DNA from: Sphaerodactylus townsendi
Lineage: Eukaryota
Direction: 5' to 3'
DNA length: 64,000 bases
Assembly (NCBI RefSeq): GCF_021028975.2
Contig: NC_059430.1
Span: 104,904,001-104,968,000, forward strand
A model generated the notes under the pieces. It searched no databases and was not told where the DNA came from. It was given only the letters and a program-made list of their open reading frames with translations. Shown here piece by piece: positions 26,564 to 37,708 of this stretch (within the stretch, counting starts at the first letter, position 1; each line of letters begins with the position of its first letter). Position numbers and translations under genes: made by a program.

Positions 26564-27469
26564 CTGTATTAGGGTATTTGTTTCTAATAATCCCAAGCAT
26601 AACATATGGATGACGTATTTACTTTTTATTTTCCCTAGCTGTTTATATTTACATACAAGTTACAGTTATGTCCTGTCCTATACAAGTTTCTGAGTATAAC
26701 TTTTGTTAGGGTGTTTATCAAGCCATCTTCTTTGTAGGTAAATTGTACGTGAAGTTACTTTATAACTTATCAGACCATAGATCCATGGCTCTCCAGGGTC
26801 TTGCTCTCTCACACACATATATACCCCTCCTTCAGTACCTGCCACCCAATTACAAGACTGCCAGCTCTGGGTTAGGCTGTTGGGGATGGAGCGTGGAGAG
26901 TGCATTGTTTGGGTAGGGGAAGGAACTTTACCTGAACAAAATACCATGGTGTCCCATCTTCCAAAGCAGTCATTTTCTCCAGAGGAACCAATCTGGAGAT
27001 CAGTTGTAATGTTGGGAGATCTCCAATCACCACGTGGGGCTTGGCAACCCTAAGAGATTATTTACAAGGCTCTACACTAACAAGATTATACGAATTCCCA
27101 CTCCTCCTGATACCAGTCTTAACAAAATGTGGGGCTTAACCTGCATTTCCAGGTGTTTTTCATCACTAATGAATGATCTCTCGTTTTTTAAATTTGAATG
27201 CTGCACAATGTCCTTCCTGCATTACAGGGCCATTTGACATGATAGGGGTTTTTTTAATCATATTTTCTACTTAAAACGTTTGCATTGTGAAAAGTAGGCT
27301 CTCTAGCCCTAAAAGCTGGTACTGGAGAAAAATCCACGCGAGTTCCTCTCAGGCGATCCATAGACCGGCTGCAATCAGTGAACCAGCTCCCCCACTTTAC
27401 TCAGAGCAAGGAACAACCATTAAAAGAGAGAAAGAAGGCGCGGGCCAAAACAACTGTTCACTGACCTAA

Positions 27470-27701
27470 TCCTAACCAATCATATCCCCCACCCTGCAAA
27501 ATGGGAGCGGGGTGTTTCTTTCTTTCCTTCCTTCCGCTTGCTTTCCCGCGGTTTCAGCAAACAAGGTCACCCTTGCGAGCGAGAAAAGCCCAGGCAACTA
27601 CATTTCCCATGAGCACTTTCAACGCGTTTTTAAAAAGAGCCAATCGGAATCCACGTTACTTGACGTGGCTATAAAAGGTCAGTCGCGCTCCGCGCTCTTT
27701 C
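27470..27701 (+). promoter_or_regulatory. CpG-rich Pol II promoter: CCAAT boxes, ZNF143/SBS motif, CRE-like site, TATA box, TCT/5'TOP initiator
   Basis: CCAAT at ~27476 and ~27640; AACTACATTTCCCATGAGCAC at ~27596-27616; TGACGTGG at 27661; TATAAAAG at 27670-27677; pyrimidine initiator CTCTTTCTTTCC at 27695-27706, ~27-31 nt downstream; donor GAG|GTTAGT after 27731. Confidence 0.85.
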
Positions 27702-29408
27702 TTTCCGGTTGCTTCGTCGAGTTGTGCGGAGGTTAGTAAACAAAAGGGGGAAAAAAAGGGGGTTTTCAAATCCATCGCCATCCTTTTCTTCCCGGGGGGC
27801 TAGGGCTGTAGTGAGTGTCGATAGCCTCAACTGAGAGTCCTTATTTTGTATTTAATAATAAAATATAATCAAAAGAGGGACTGATCGGCTGACGAGGTCT
27901 AGTCGACTGGCTGGAAGGATTCTTCAGGTCCTTGTGGGTGGGGGTGGGCAGAGGAAGCGAATGTCCTTTAACCTGGTCGTTTTGGGACTCTGGAACAGCG
28001 TTGTGTTTTTTTGTTGCATTTCTCATTTTAAAACCTGGCTCTTATTTTTGTTAGTATAACCTTGAAAGAGGAAGCCAGACCGGCTGTGCTGCAGCTGTAG
28101 AAGCAGGAGGTCTTCCCAGAGGTGGGATTCGGACTGGTTGGGCAGAACTGATTCCTAATGTTTTGTTTAGTTCGCCCAACCGGTTGTTAAATGGTGTGTC
28201 CCGCCTAAACTCTAGGGGCGCCCCCGCCAATCTTGCGGGCCGCCGCGCCTCCCTCGGCTCTGCTCCTCCACTTTTTATATTATCCTTTTGCTCAACTGCC
28301 CCGCCCCCTTCGCCCAGCTCCTTCCCCCACCCTTTGCTGTATCGCTAGGATGCTTTTTGGGCAAAGAGACTGGAACTCCTGTAATACTCAGGTCAAAAGG
28401 AAAGGCTAGGTAAGGGCAGGGGCTTCACAGAGGCTTCACTTTCTCGCTGGGCATGCGCATAGGCTTGGCACGTGCTCATTTGGGTTGCATCAGGGCTCTG
28501 TGCACAGGTAGCCTTTTGGGGCAGGGAAATCTCCCAGGTGCAAGAAGTGGAAGATCCAGGAACCTTGCGCCGCCACGCCTCCAGCTCACTCCGGAGGTCT
28601 GGAAACAGCCGTGCAGAGGGAGCCCTCGCTTGCTTTCTCCAACAGGCAAGAATCTATTTGACCCAGATTGGGGGGAAAGCTCTGCATGTCTGCCCAGCAT
28701 CCCTTACTCACAAGTAATTGCTACCTGGCAAAGTGCCTCTCCTGCCAATCTTGTAGAGCTGTTGAGGAAAGCAATGAGGAAGCATATTCATAACTACCAT
28801 TTGCACATGGGGTTGTGGGTAGGAAGGCCAAAATGGAAATAAAAATCAGTTTAAATCTAAAAATTTAGGCTCATACTAATAGATGCATTTGATACTGACA
28901 TATGTTATAGGTATTTTATATTACTGTTATTTGTTTAATGGAATATATACATACATTCTTAAAGTATGGTTTGTATTTGAAGTTGAAATCCTTGGTGCAT
29001 GCTAAGCTCTACTCTAGTTAGCCATCCCCCCCCCCCCAGATCCCGATTTAGATCCCCCCAGGCCTTTTAAATATCATTATAGGGTTCCCTTATGTCTCCC
29101 TAAGGAGGAGGAAGAATGCAGTGAGGGGGGAGAGAGTTCCAAGACCTCACCCAGCAACCCATAGAGCTTTTCTGGAGGTAGCAGTTCATTCATTCCTTCA
29201 CTCATCTCCCCCCCCTCCCCCTTTACTCCATTCACACGTGAAAAAGCTTTGCCAAGGATGCTGGTCTCCATTGTGGATTGCTATTTCCTCTGCAAAGAGT
29301 GTGTAATGGCGGGGGGCGGGGGGGGGTCTGCATCAGAATCCACCAAGATATTCCATAGTGTCCAGCAGAAACAGCGCTGTCATCACTGTGTGTTTTGAGT
29401 GTCTAGTG

Positions 29409-29497
29409 CAGGGGTGTCCCACTCTGGTTAGCCATGCCAGAAGGGGCTGGTGGGAATTGTAGTCATGAACATCTGAAGCACCAGAGTTGAAACCCTG
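29409..29497. mobile_element. Small hAT MITE nested in the large hAT
   Basis: CAGGGG...ACCCTG termini. TSD GTCTAGTG (29401-29408, 29498-29505). Confidence 0.8.
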
Positions 29498-30735
29498 GTC
29501 TAGTGTTGTGGTGTGTGTGCACGCCTCCTCCCTCTTCTCCCCACCAGTGGTGTCCTGCCTTCCTCCTCCTCCCTGCACACATAGCCAGAACCAGCACAAT
29601 GCCCTTTGAAAGCCTGTTCTCCCAGCTCCCAAACCCAGTTCTTGACCAAAACATGCCCGACTCTGACAGGCAACATGCAATGGAGGAAAGGTCGAGTAAT
29701 GTTTTACGTCTCTTCGCTTCTCAATGGTGATGATTAATAGTGATAACTAAGAATGATGGTGTTATGTGGGCTGGTGATGGGAGTGATAACAATGTGTGTT
29801 AAAAATTGCCGTGTGTGTTTTTAAATAAAATGGAAAACTATTTCTGTAGCATTGTATGGGTAAAGTCACAATCAGGCTGATGGGGCAGCATTTTTAGCTA
29901 GATTGGGGGGTGATCTCTTAGAGGTTTTATTTTAGATGCATTTTTACATCTATCTTTATTTCTTGCTGAAATAACAAATCCATCTGTTTGTAACATGCGC
30001 TTTCCTTTGGGCATCTGTGTTACATCACTGTTGTTCTTATCCTCCCTGACCCCACTCCCATTTTAAATCAAAACAAATGTGTTTTACCCTTTGAATACAG
30101 AGAGCTCCTTGTGATTTTTACACCTTCCACATTTAACTGAATCTTTTTTTGTGCAGGTGAAGGTCACTCTGATATTATCTTTTCCACTTGTACATCTCAT
30201 TGAGCTAACAAGCCAGAGTCATTTTTCCTCTGGGTGGAAGACTTGTGTTTTCTCTTTCCTGCAGATAGTTGTTTTTAAGCAGATTTGTCTGAAGTGTTAT
30301 TTTAAACACCTCTAAAATTATTTACCTGTCAATAACATGTATGCAAATGTTACTCTTAGGTTTCCCGAGGCTTCGATTGTCTGAGGCCGCTGCACTGAAA
30401 GCACCAGAGCTCGGATATATTTAATCAAAAACTGTTTTTATCACGAGACAAAAGGTTTGTCGTACACATTATTCTATCGTATTTAATATGCATAGCTTAT
30501 GCCATTTATTTATTTCAGCAAGAAATTTTCATTTAATGTCGATAAAATGAAGAAAATGTATGTTCTGACTGATGTTTATCAATAGTATTAGCACAGTGCT
30601 TTGTTTATAAAAGTTTATGATATGTCCACACGTGGATAGAGCCAGTAAAAATGTTCAAATATATAAGCACATCTCTGCTGCTCTATAATATATTAAAATA
30701 GAACTATTTTTATTTTTGTAGTGTCCCTTAAAAAA

Positions 30736-32895
30736 ATGAAAAGGCAACAGAGTTGGACAGATTTTTTCAATAAGAAACCAAAATCAGATTCTGTGGTATC
30801 AGAATGGGCCTTGGATGGTTCAAGACAGGCACAAGCACAGCCACTCCAATATGGAGAAAGCAGCACGCCGGTTATTAAAATAGAAAACGATGACGACTCC
30901 AACATTGAAGATAATCTTCCTGAATGCTGGACAGTGCAACAATATAACAAGTTTAAGGAAAAATATGACGGACTGGTAATTTTAAACAAAAAGTTAGGTT
31001 GCGATTATTGTGCAAAATGTGACTGGAAAATAAGACAGAAAAGTGTTCACGTGTCAAAAGAATGGAAATATATTCAGATTGAGGCATCAGGGAGAAATAA
31101 GGGGGTGCGACAAGCTTCCCTAAGGAAAAAAATGAAAGAGCATTTCGCATCAAGAGCTCATAACATTTGTGCAGAGAACTTAAAACAACGTGAGCAGGAT
31201 TCAGTAACGGAAGCAATGCATACGATGAATGAAACATATTTAATGACCGAAGAATATTTAAGTACTTGTAGAGTATTTAATACAGTTTACAGCCTGGCAA
31301 AAAGATGTCAGCCATTTTCAGACATAGAAGATGAGATAGAAGTTCAAATTAAAAATGGATTAGATATGGGAATAGAATTACATTCCCATGAAGCTGCTGA
31401 GAAAGTAGTTGATTTCATTGCAAAGGAAACTAGAAAAGAAATATTTCATAAGATTATTGAAAATAATTTGAAAATATGTTTGGTTATTGACGAAGCTTCG
31501 GTGATATCCTGCAAACCGGTTATTGTGCTTTTCTTAAAAGTTGAGGATTCAGCTGCATCGCCAACAATTTTCGTTGAGCTGATTGAATTGGAAAGCCAAG
31601 ATGCAGAGACAATATGTTCTTCAGTTATGGAAAGTTTAAATAATGTTGGGCTTACTAAGAACTACCTAGAACAAAATTTAATAGGCTTTTGCTCCGATGG
31701 CGCCAGCGTCATGCTTGGGAGAAAATCTGGAGTGAGCACTAGGATTGCAAAAGAGTTTCCAAACATCGTAATATGGCACTGTTTAAACCACCGGCTCCCG
31801 CTTATTTTAGATGATTCGATAAAGGATATTAAGCAAGTAAATCATTTCAAAATATTTATTAGTAAGATCTATTCTACTTTTCATCAATCCAGTAAGAGCC
31901 AAATTGAACTTTCCCAAATATCTGAACAACTTGGAATTGAAATTACAAAGATTGGTAGAGTTTTGGGACCAAAATGGGCTGCCTGTAGTTTAAGGTCCAC
32001 CCTAGCTGTGTGGCAGGCTTATCCAGCACTACATCACTATTTTTCTTCAAACAAAAAGTTCTTCGGTATGGCTGCCCGTCTTGAAAATACATATTTTCTA
32101 AGTGATTTGGCATTAATGATTGATATTTTAAACGAAATTTCTCTTCTGACAAATGCATTGCAAGTGAGAAATATAGACCTAATAAAGGCTGAAAAACTTG
32201 TGATAAGATCTATTAAAGCATTTCAAATGCTTGCAAAGGAAAAGGGTCCGTATGAAAAAAAAGTTGGTGAATTAATTACTTCAGAAGCCTTCAAAAGTAT
32301 AAAATTTGTAGAAAATCATCAATTCGTCGGGCTTCCTCGGGAAAAACTGTTAGAAAACATCGTAACGAATTTGGTAAAAAGACTAATGGATTGCGAACAT
32401 CGGAATAAGTTACAATTTCTCAATTTTTTGGAGCCAGATCACTGGAATATTGAAAAAGTAGTAGTTCCATGGAAAGCAGCTGAAGAGCAATTGCTTGTGT
32501 TTAATGATATCTTTAATTACCAAATTGATATTAATGATTATCGAGATTTCGTGGAAAACGTCCTGAAAAATCAACAGAATTATGCAATTCCTGAAAATGT
32601 TCAAAGAGCTAAAAATATTGTCAGAACCATTGCTGTAAGCTCACCAGAAGTGGAAAGAGTTTTTTCAAAGATGAACATAATATGTTCAGAGACAAGAAGC
32701 CGCCTGCCTGTTTCTAACATATCAAACACAATGACGATTAGTCTACTTGGCCTGCCTCTAAAGGAATGGGATCCTACTCCTACAGTGAAAATCTGGTTAA
32801 CAATAAATCACACAGCCAGTGATGCTCAGATAAAAGCAGAGAATATTGCAAGTGGGGACGCCCATCAAGAAGCAATATGGAAATATCTCAAATAA
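30736..32895 (+). CDS. hAT transposase, KIAA1586-like, 719 aa
   Basis: Uninterrupted ORF. First ATG at 30736, after the acceptor TTTTTGTAG (ends 30721). N-terminal zinc finger (CDYC...H..SRAH); D of IDEAS (~31489); D of SDGASVM (~31696); CLNH (CxxH); E of SSPEVERVFS (~32653); C-terminal hAT dimerization region. Confidence 0.9.
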   Translation: MKRQQSWTDFFNKKPKSDSVVSEWALDGSRQAQAQPLQYGESSTPVIKIENDDDSNIEDNLPECWTVQQYNKFKEKYDGLVILNKKLGCDYCAKCDWKIRQKSVHVSKEWKYIQIEASGRNKGVRQASLRKKMKEHFASRAHNICAENLKQREQDSVTEAMHTMNETYLMTEEYLSTCRVFNTVYSLAKRCQPFSDIEDEIEVQIKNGLDMGIELHSHEAAEKVVDFIAKETRKEIFHKIIENNLKICLVIDEASVISCKPVIVLFLKVEDSAASPTIFVELIELESQDAETICSSVMESLNNVGLTKNYLEQNLIGFCSDGASVMLGRKSGVSTRIAKEFPNIVIWHCLNHRLPLILDDSIKDIKQVNHFKIFISKIYSTFHQSSKSQIELSQISEQLGIEITKIGRVLGPKWAACSLRSTLAVWQAYPALHHYFSSNKKFFGMAARLENTYFLSDLALMIDILNEISLLTNALQVRNIDLIKAEKLVIRSIKAFQMLAKEKGPYEKKVGELITSEAFKSIKFVENHQFVGLPREKLLENIVTNLVKRLMDCEHRNKLQFLNFLEPDHWNIEKVVVPWKAAEEQLLVFNDIFNYQIDINDYRDFVENVLKNQQNYAIPENVQRAKNIVRTIAVSSPEVERVFSKMNIICSETRSRLPVSNISNTMTISLLGLPLKEWDPTPTVKIWLTINHTASDAQIKAENIASGDAHQEAIWKYLK

Positions 32896-32996
32896 GTTTT
32901 TATCAGGTATTTAATATTTTTTCATTAATATTTTAAAACTCTTATAACATATTCTTGTTTTGTGTACCTCTTATTGTACTTATTTAAGTATTAACT

Positions 32997-33083
32997 CATA
33001 GGTGTCAAACTCGTGGCCCTCCAGATGTTATGGACTACCGTTCCCATTATCCCTGCCAGCATGATGCGAGTTTGACACCTATG
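32997..33083. mobile_element. Small hAT MITE (87 bp) nested in the 3' end of the large hAT
   Basis: Perfect 17-bp TIR CATAGGTGTCAAACTCG. TSD TATTAACT (32989-32996, 33084-33091). Confidence 0.88.
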
Positions 33084-35118
33084 TATTAACTGTATGAAAT
33101 AATAAACTATCTTTCGGTATATCATTTTTTTTTATATTTAAAACAGTCATTAGGGCAACAAAGCTGTTGTTAAATTATTTGAATCCCATCACTGGGTCTT
33201 CCCCCTTCGTGCAAGCATGTTGCAGCCCCACTGCCTGGTGAGGGCAGGTTTTCTTCAGGCTGTTTAGGAATCCTAGTTTAGCAGCCTAAACTTCTGAAGT
33301 CTAGTACCTTGTCACTTAAGGTTGCTGAGCTTTGAACCCTGTGCTTCTGTATGCAAGCCCAGCACATGATCTGCTCCAGAAAAGTCTACCTTTTCGTTCT
33401 TCTCTTCCTCTTCTGTGTGTGCGATTATCTTTTAAGACCTTAAAAGAATTCAGAATGAATCATTTTTGCTTTCGCTTTATCCCTTTTATGGTTGAAAGTG
33501 GAGTTTTCTATCCATAAAAATTAATATATTATAACATATTGTACCCTGTTCTTGCCCCAATAAGAGCATGAAATTGGAGGTGATCTTTGTAGCAATCTCC
33601 TATTTTTGTCAGTCTCTCTTTAGTCTCTTCCTGGTTGGCTGCATTTTTTCTGTTGCTTTGCTATGTCCAACAACGCGTTGTACTTTTATTTTTTCCCTTT
33701 CAGATTTTGAGTTTTAAGTAGTCCAGGACGCACCCTCCACACCCCTCTATTCCCACTACTTCCTCACCACCGGATCTCCTGTTCAATTTGTGGTTTCACC
33801 TTCCTTCAAGACTTCCTCCCGTCTATCCGGACCACAAAGTACTCTCTGATTTCTTAAAGGTAACGTTCAAAGTTCTCAAGTTTGTTCTGATTAAATGCTT
33901 TAATAGCAGAAGAGTTTGAAGCTTAAAGTTTTTATTTTGTACTTACATCAGTATTTCTGTTGTTTCTTCTGTTTGTTTTGCTTTCCTTGTTTCCGCTTTC
34001 CGCTATACCCCTTGGCTTTGTTTTGCTTGTTTCCGCGACAGTGCTTGTCACGCACACCTTAGGGTTGCCTCTTCAATCTGCACTGTTTTCTTTTTGCTAC
34101 CCCAATTTGGGTTTTCGCTTTGAGATATTTTTGTGCTGGTTCCAGGGCATACGGCTCCATTGGCCTCTATTCATCCACCGCACTGTGCTGCTGTCGTCCT
34201 CTGCTGTCGTCCTTTCCTGACCAGCAAGCACTCCAAGTGAATCTGCTGTGTCTTCTCTTGTTTATACAAGAGTTGACGGGTCTGAGAAAGTTCTCTGACC
34301 CTGATGCAGGCAGATGAAAGTGGATTCTTTCTCTCCTGCTCAGGAGAGATGTTGCCCGTCTTCCCCCCACACTGGAAGTCCCCCTTTGTAGCAATCTCCT
34401 CATTCTTGCTGCTGCCTGTGCTGTTTAAGCCAGTGTAGCAGAATGGTTAGTACTGGACTAAATCCCCAGCAAATATGCAGCAGGATAGAGTGGCTCAGGT
34501 AGCTTGTGGGCAGGATAGGTTGTACTTTTTCAGGCAGTGGGCAAATAGCATTTTCCCAGCCTTTTTAGATATGCTTCACTTTTCTCCCCAGTGGGCATGC
34601 AGTGTAGCTTACAGCATTGCTTTCCTCCACTACACTGTATCTTCAGAACAACAACCTTGTGAGGTGGGTTGGGTTGAGAGGCAGGCCAAGGTTCTCCAAC
34701 AAGTTTCCATGGTCAAGCAAGGATCTGAATCTGCATTTCCTGATCCTAGTCTGGCACCAAGAGCTAGACTTAAGCATTGATACGCTAATGTTGTATTTAA
34801 AGCTTTACTGCGTGGGGGAAGGGGACAATGACAAACAACCATTTTGCCTTTTCAGGGATCTACAACTTTATTCTGTTTGATGTGTAGACAGGGCTAGGGA
34901 GATTATGGTTCAGAGCTCCCTGTGTGGCTGCAGAACATGCTGGCTGAATTCATTTTTGACTTTTACACAACAATCCTGGAAGGTAGATTAAAACAAGTGC
35001 TCTGCTGGCATACATCAACAACTCTACCATCTTTTTTCCAGGAAAATGTAGATATTCAGGTCTAGACGCTTATGCAAAATAATTCCCTACTCTCAAGATC
35101 TTAATGCTGTACTTAATG

Positions 35119-35258
35119 CTGGCCCTGTCGAAGCTGCATCTGTCTCTTGTGTGGCTGATGTGGTCAAAAAGGTGCCAAAAGTAACTTTCTTCCTTGACGG
35201 TCGCTGTTCAGTTGGTCTCCAGGTAACTGTCCAGCAACATTTTTAGGGAGGCACAACT
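35119..35258 (+). ncRNA. SNORA16: H/ACA snoRNA SNORA16
   Basis: Matches recalled SNORA16 blocks TCGAAGCTGCA, TGTGGTCAAAAAGG, TTCCTTGACGGTCGC and GCAACATTTT. H box AAAGTA at 35178-35183, ACA at 35253-35255. Confidence 0.88.
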
Positions 35259-35823
35259 TCTCTTTGTTGAGGTCGTGCCTGGTGTCAACCACATCCAGGC
35301 TTCCAAGTGGGGAGGGGTTGTTAGGGACTGAGTGGTCATAGTTGGTGTTGGAGTGCCTGTGCTTGGGATGGGACGGTGGGATATTCTGCATGGACCAGGA
35401 GCTACAGTGGTCCCTGATTTGCTCATGGTGGCTGCTATTCTGTTTCTTGGTTCCCCTCTTTTCCTGAAGCAAGGAGAATTCTTGCTTTTCCACCAAGTTC
35501 TCAAAGCATGCCTACTACCAAACAGCCTAAGAGGCATCTTTGTGTCTGCAGAAAACATTGATTCTCTCCATTACAGGAGGGTACTTAGCTCAGAACTTCC
35601 CAAAATGTTCTGGTTCTCAAAAAGCTTTGTGGCATCCTTCTCTAATATAAGACATGGGAGTTACTGTTATGCAATAGCCTTGCCTTCTATCTCTCCCAAC
35701 AGGTGAAAGAATAATCTGCCTGTGAGTTGCAAGAAACTGCCTTTGTACCATGGCCTGTTTGGAGCTTAGGTAAAAGAGATGAGAACACTAACATGTCTCC
35801 TTGCTGTGTTTCAGGCAAATGGA

Positions 35824-35954
35824 GTGCATGTTAACCAAGAGCTGTGGCTTAGCAAATAGCCACTGGGTCTCCAACAACATGCGAGAGCATGGCGGGGGGA
35901 CTTTGACTCTTCAGGCTTGGTTATCTGGGGATGTCACTCGACCCTCCTATATTG
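35824..35954 (+). ncRNA. SNORA44: H/ACA snoRNA SNORA44
   Basis: GCATGTT..CCAAG.GCTGTGGCT...ATAGCCA...TCTCCAAC..CATGC hairpin. H box AGAGCA at 35884-35889; GACTTTGAC in hairpin 2; terminal ATA box at 35949-35951. Confidence 0.87.
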
Positions 35955-36734
35955 CTTTACTCGGGAAGGAATTTGTTTCTTTGTAGACTTTTAAAAACTC
36001 CCTTGATCTATCTTCCTGTGCTCATAGAGATTATCAGAAGTTACCTCTTGAGGAAACTTCAGAGTGGAACTGCCTTACAGAAGGTAGCATACCTGTTGGT
36101 GCTTTTCCCTCTTGGAGATCATGAGGGCTTGAGACTTGGCTTTGTAAAACTGATTGCAGCAAATGTGCCATACAAAAGCAGCTTTGCTTGATGTCCTTGA
36201 GGAGCCTGAGCGGTTTTGGTATAGTAGAAGTGTGATTGTTATCCATGTTCCTTGCAAGGTGCGCAGCCACACAATCCCCATATTGCTGCTGCACAGAAAA
36301 AAATGTTGCCGCTCATTGAGCGCTTAATCTTGGGTGGGTGTAAAGGGACACCCAGCGCGGGGGGGGGGGGGGGGCCCTCCCTGGCAGTCAGCGAATTTCA
36401 TCAATCTAGGCCGGGGGGGGGTGGTTGGCAAACTGGCTCCGGAGCCACATGAGACTCTTGACATTTTTGCAGTGGCTTTTTCCTGGAGGCTGAGAGGCAG
36501 CTGGCAATTGGGGGTGGGATAGAGAGTGGAGCAAACAAGACAAGCAAATAGGACAGCAGGTGTTTGGGGACAGGGTGGAGAGTCAGAAACTGCCTACAGC
36601 AAGTGATTGCAAGCAAGTGCTGGAAAAACACACCTCCTTGTCTTTGGAAGAGAGAGGCACTCTTTGGAAGAGGCAGACAATGGCAAACTGCCTCTGAACA
36701 TCTCTGGCCCTGCAAACCAGCTGCAACTTCCTGA

Positions 36735-36915
36735 TGCCTGAAGTTGTTCAGCTGTGGGATACACTGCCTTGGAGTGCGGTGGAGCCGCCTCCTTTGGAGG
36801 TTTTTAAACAGAGGGTGGATGGCCATATGTCAGCAGTGCTTTGGTTGTGTATTCCTGTATGGCAGTGGATTGAACTTGATGGCCCTTGTGGTCTCTCCCA
36901 ACTCAAGATTCTAAT
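36735..36915 (+). mobile_element. CR1 3' end fragment
   Basis: VVQLWDTLP-SAVEPPPLEVFKQRVDGHMS resembles the CR1 ORF2 C-terminus. Tail CCCTTGTGGTCTCTCCCAACTC..ATTCT. Confidence 0.7.
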
Positions 36916-37587
36916 TTAAGGGCACCCCCACTACCAAATGATGAAATGTCCCTTAAAGGCTCAATTATTTATGTGTCTAATCCAGATGCATGCCATGCAT
37001 AAATAACAGTGCTTTTACATTTTTTGTCTATTTCCGGACCAGCATCTGTCTGGAGCTTCGGGCTATATATAAAGCAACTGTGCCACGATGTCCAAGAGAA
37101 AGTGTGAAGGAACCAGAAGATCTAAGAAACAGAAAGCTTGCTCTAGTAAGTGGCAAAAATGGTAATTGCGTTATTTAAACAGCATCTCAACCAATGCTGT
37201 CATTTGGATTCTATCACCAAATTACAAAGCCTGAGGGGAGGTGGTATTTTGAGAATACTCCTAAAACTCCACTTGAGCAAAAATTAGAGTAGAGCAAGAG
37301 GCCCGAAAAAGTCCAGTGCTGATATGGTAAAAGGTCTAATCGAGAATTTTATTCTCGTTAAAATTAATGCTTCAATGCATTCTATCCCAGAGATTAATTC
37401 ACGCTTGGCCAAATACGTGAACGTGCCTGAAGCTATTCTACAGATGGAATACAGGAATCCCATTGCAGCAGAAATAATTCCAAGCAAGGTGTTTTGCAAG
37501 GTACAGTTTAGATCTGCAGTTTTGTGTAGGGTTTTTTCCCCCATTTTCTGAGATGAAGAGATCTGGACCACTAAGATGGGCAGTTGG

Positions 37588-37708
37588 ATCCCTCCCTATC
37601 CCTTTCCCATTAGATCTGAATACCGATCTGATGGTCAAAAAGGAGGGAAAGTAAAATGCAAGCTGGTCTTGACCTCTTTATGGGGAGTGAGGCTGGCTTG
37701 AAACAACT
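37588..37708 (+). ncRNA. SNORA61: H/ACA snoRNA SNORA61
   Basis: CCTCC..ATCCCTTTCCCAT..GATCTGAA...TGGTC..AAAAGGAGG hairpin. H box AAAGTA at 37648-37653, ACA at 37703-37705. Confidence 0.87.

Larger units (their letters stand above)
28117..33194 (+). mobile_element. Full-length hAT DNA transposon (Tip100/KIAA1586-like), 5078 bp
   Basis: Left TIR CAGAGGTGGGATTC (28117-28130) and right TIR GAATCCCATCACTG (33181-33194), 12/14 match. Perfect 8-bp TSD GGTCTTCC (28109-28116, 33195-33202). Internal transposase ORF. Confidence 0.92.

Noticed and set aside
30721-30735. GTG start of the 724-aa ORF in the track
   Set aside because: The G at 30721 is the last base of a splice acceptor. The first ATG is at 30736.
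30736-32895. Calling the ORF the true KIAA1586 ortholog
   Set aside because: It still lies within TIRs and a TSD inside an SNHG12 intron, so it is better read as an independent insertion of a related hAT.
35164-35706. Overlapping 110-124-aa ORFs on both strands
   Set aside because: They overlap or adjoin SNORA16 and host-gene introns, with no protein motifs.
36937-36990. Possible extra C/D snoRNA (ATGATGA at ~36938)
   Set aside because: No box D with a terminal stem at a suitable distance.
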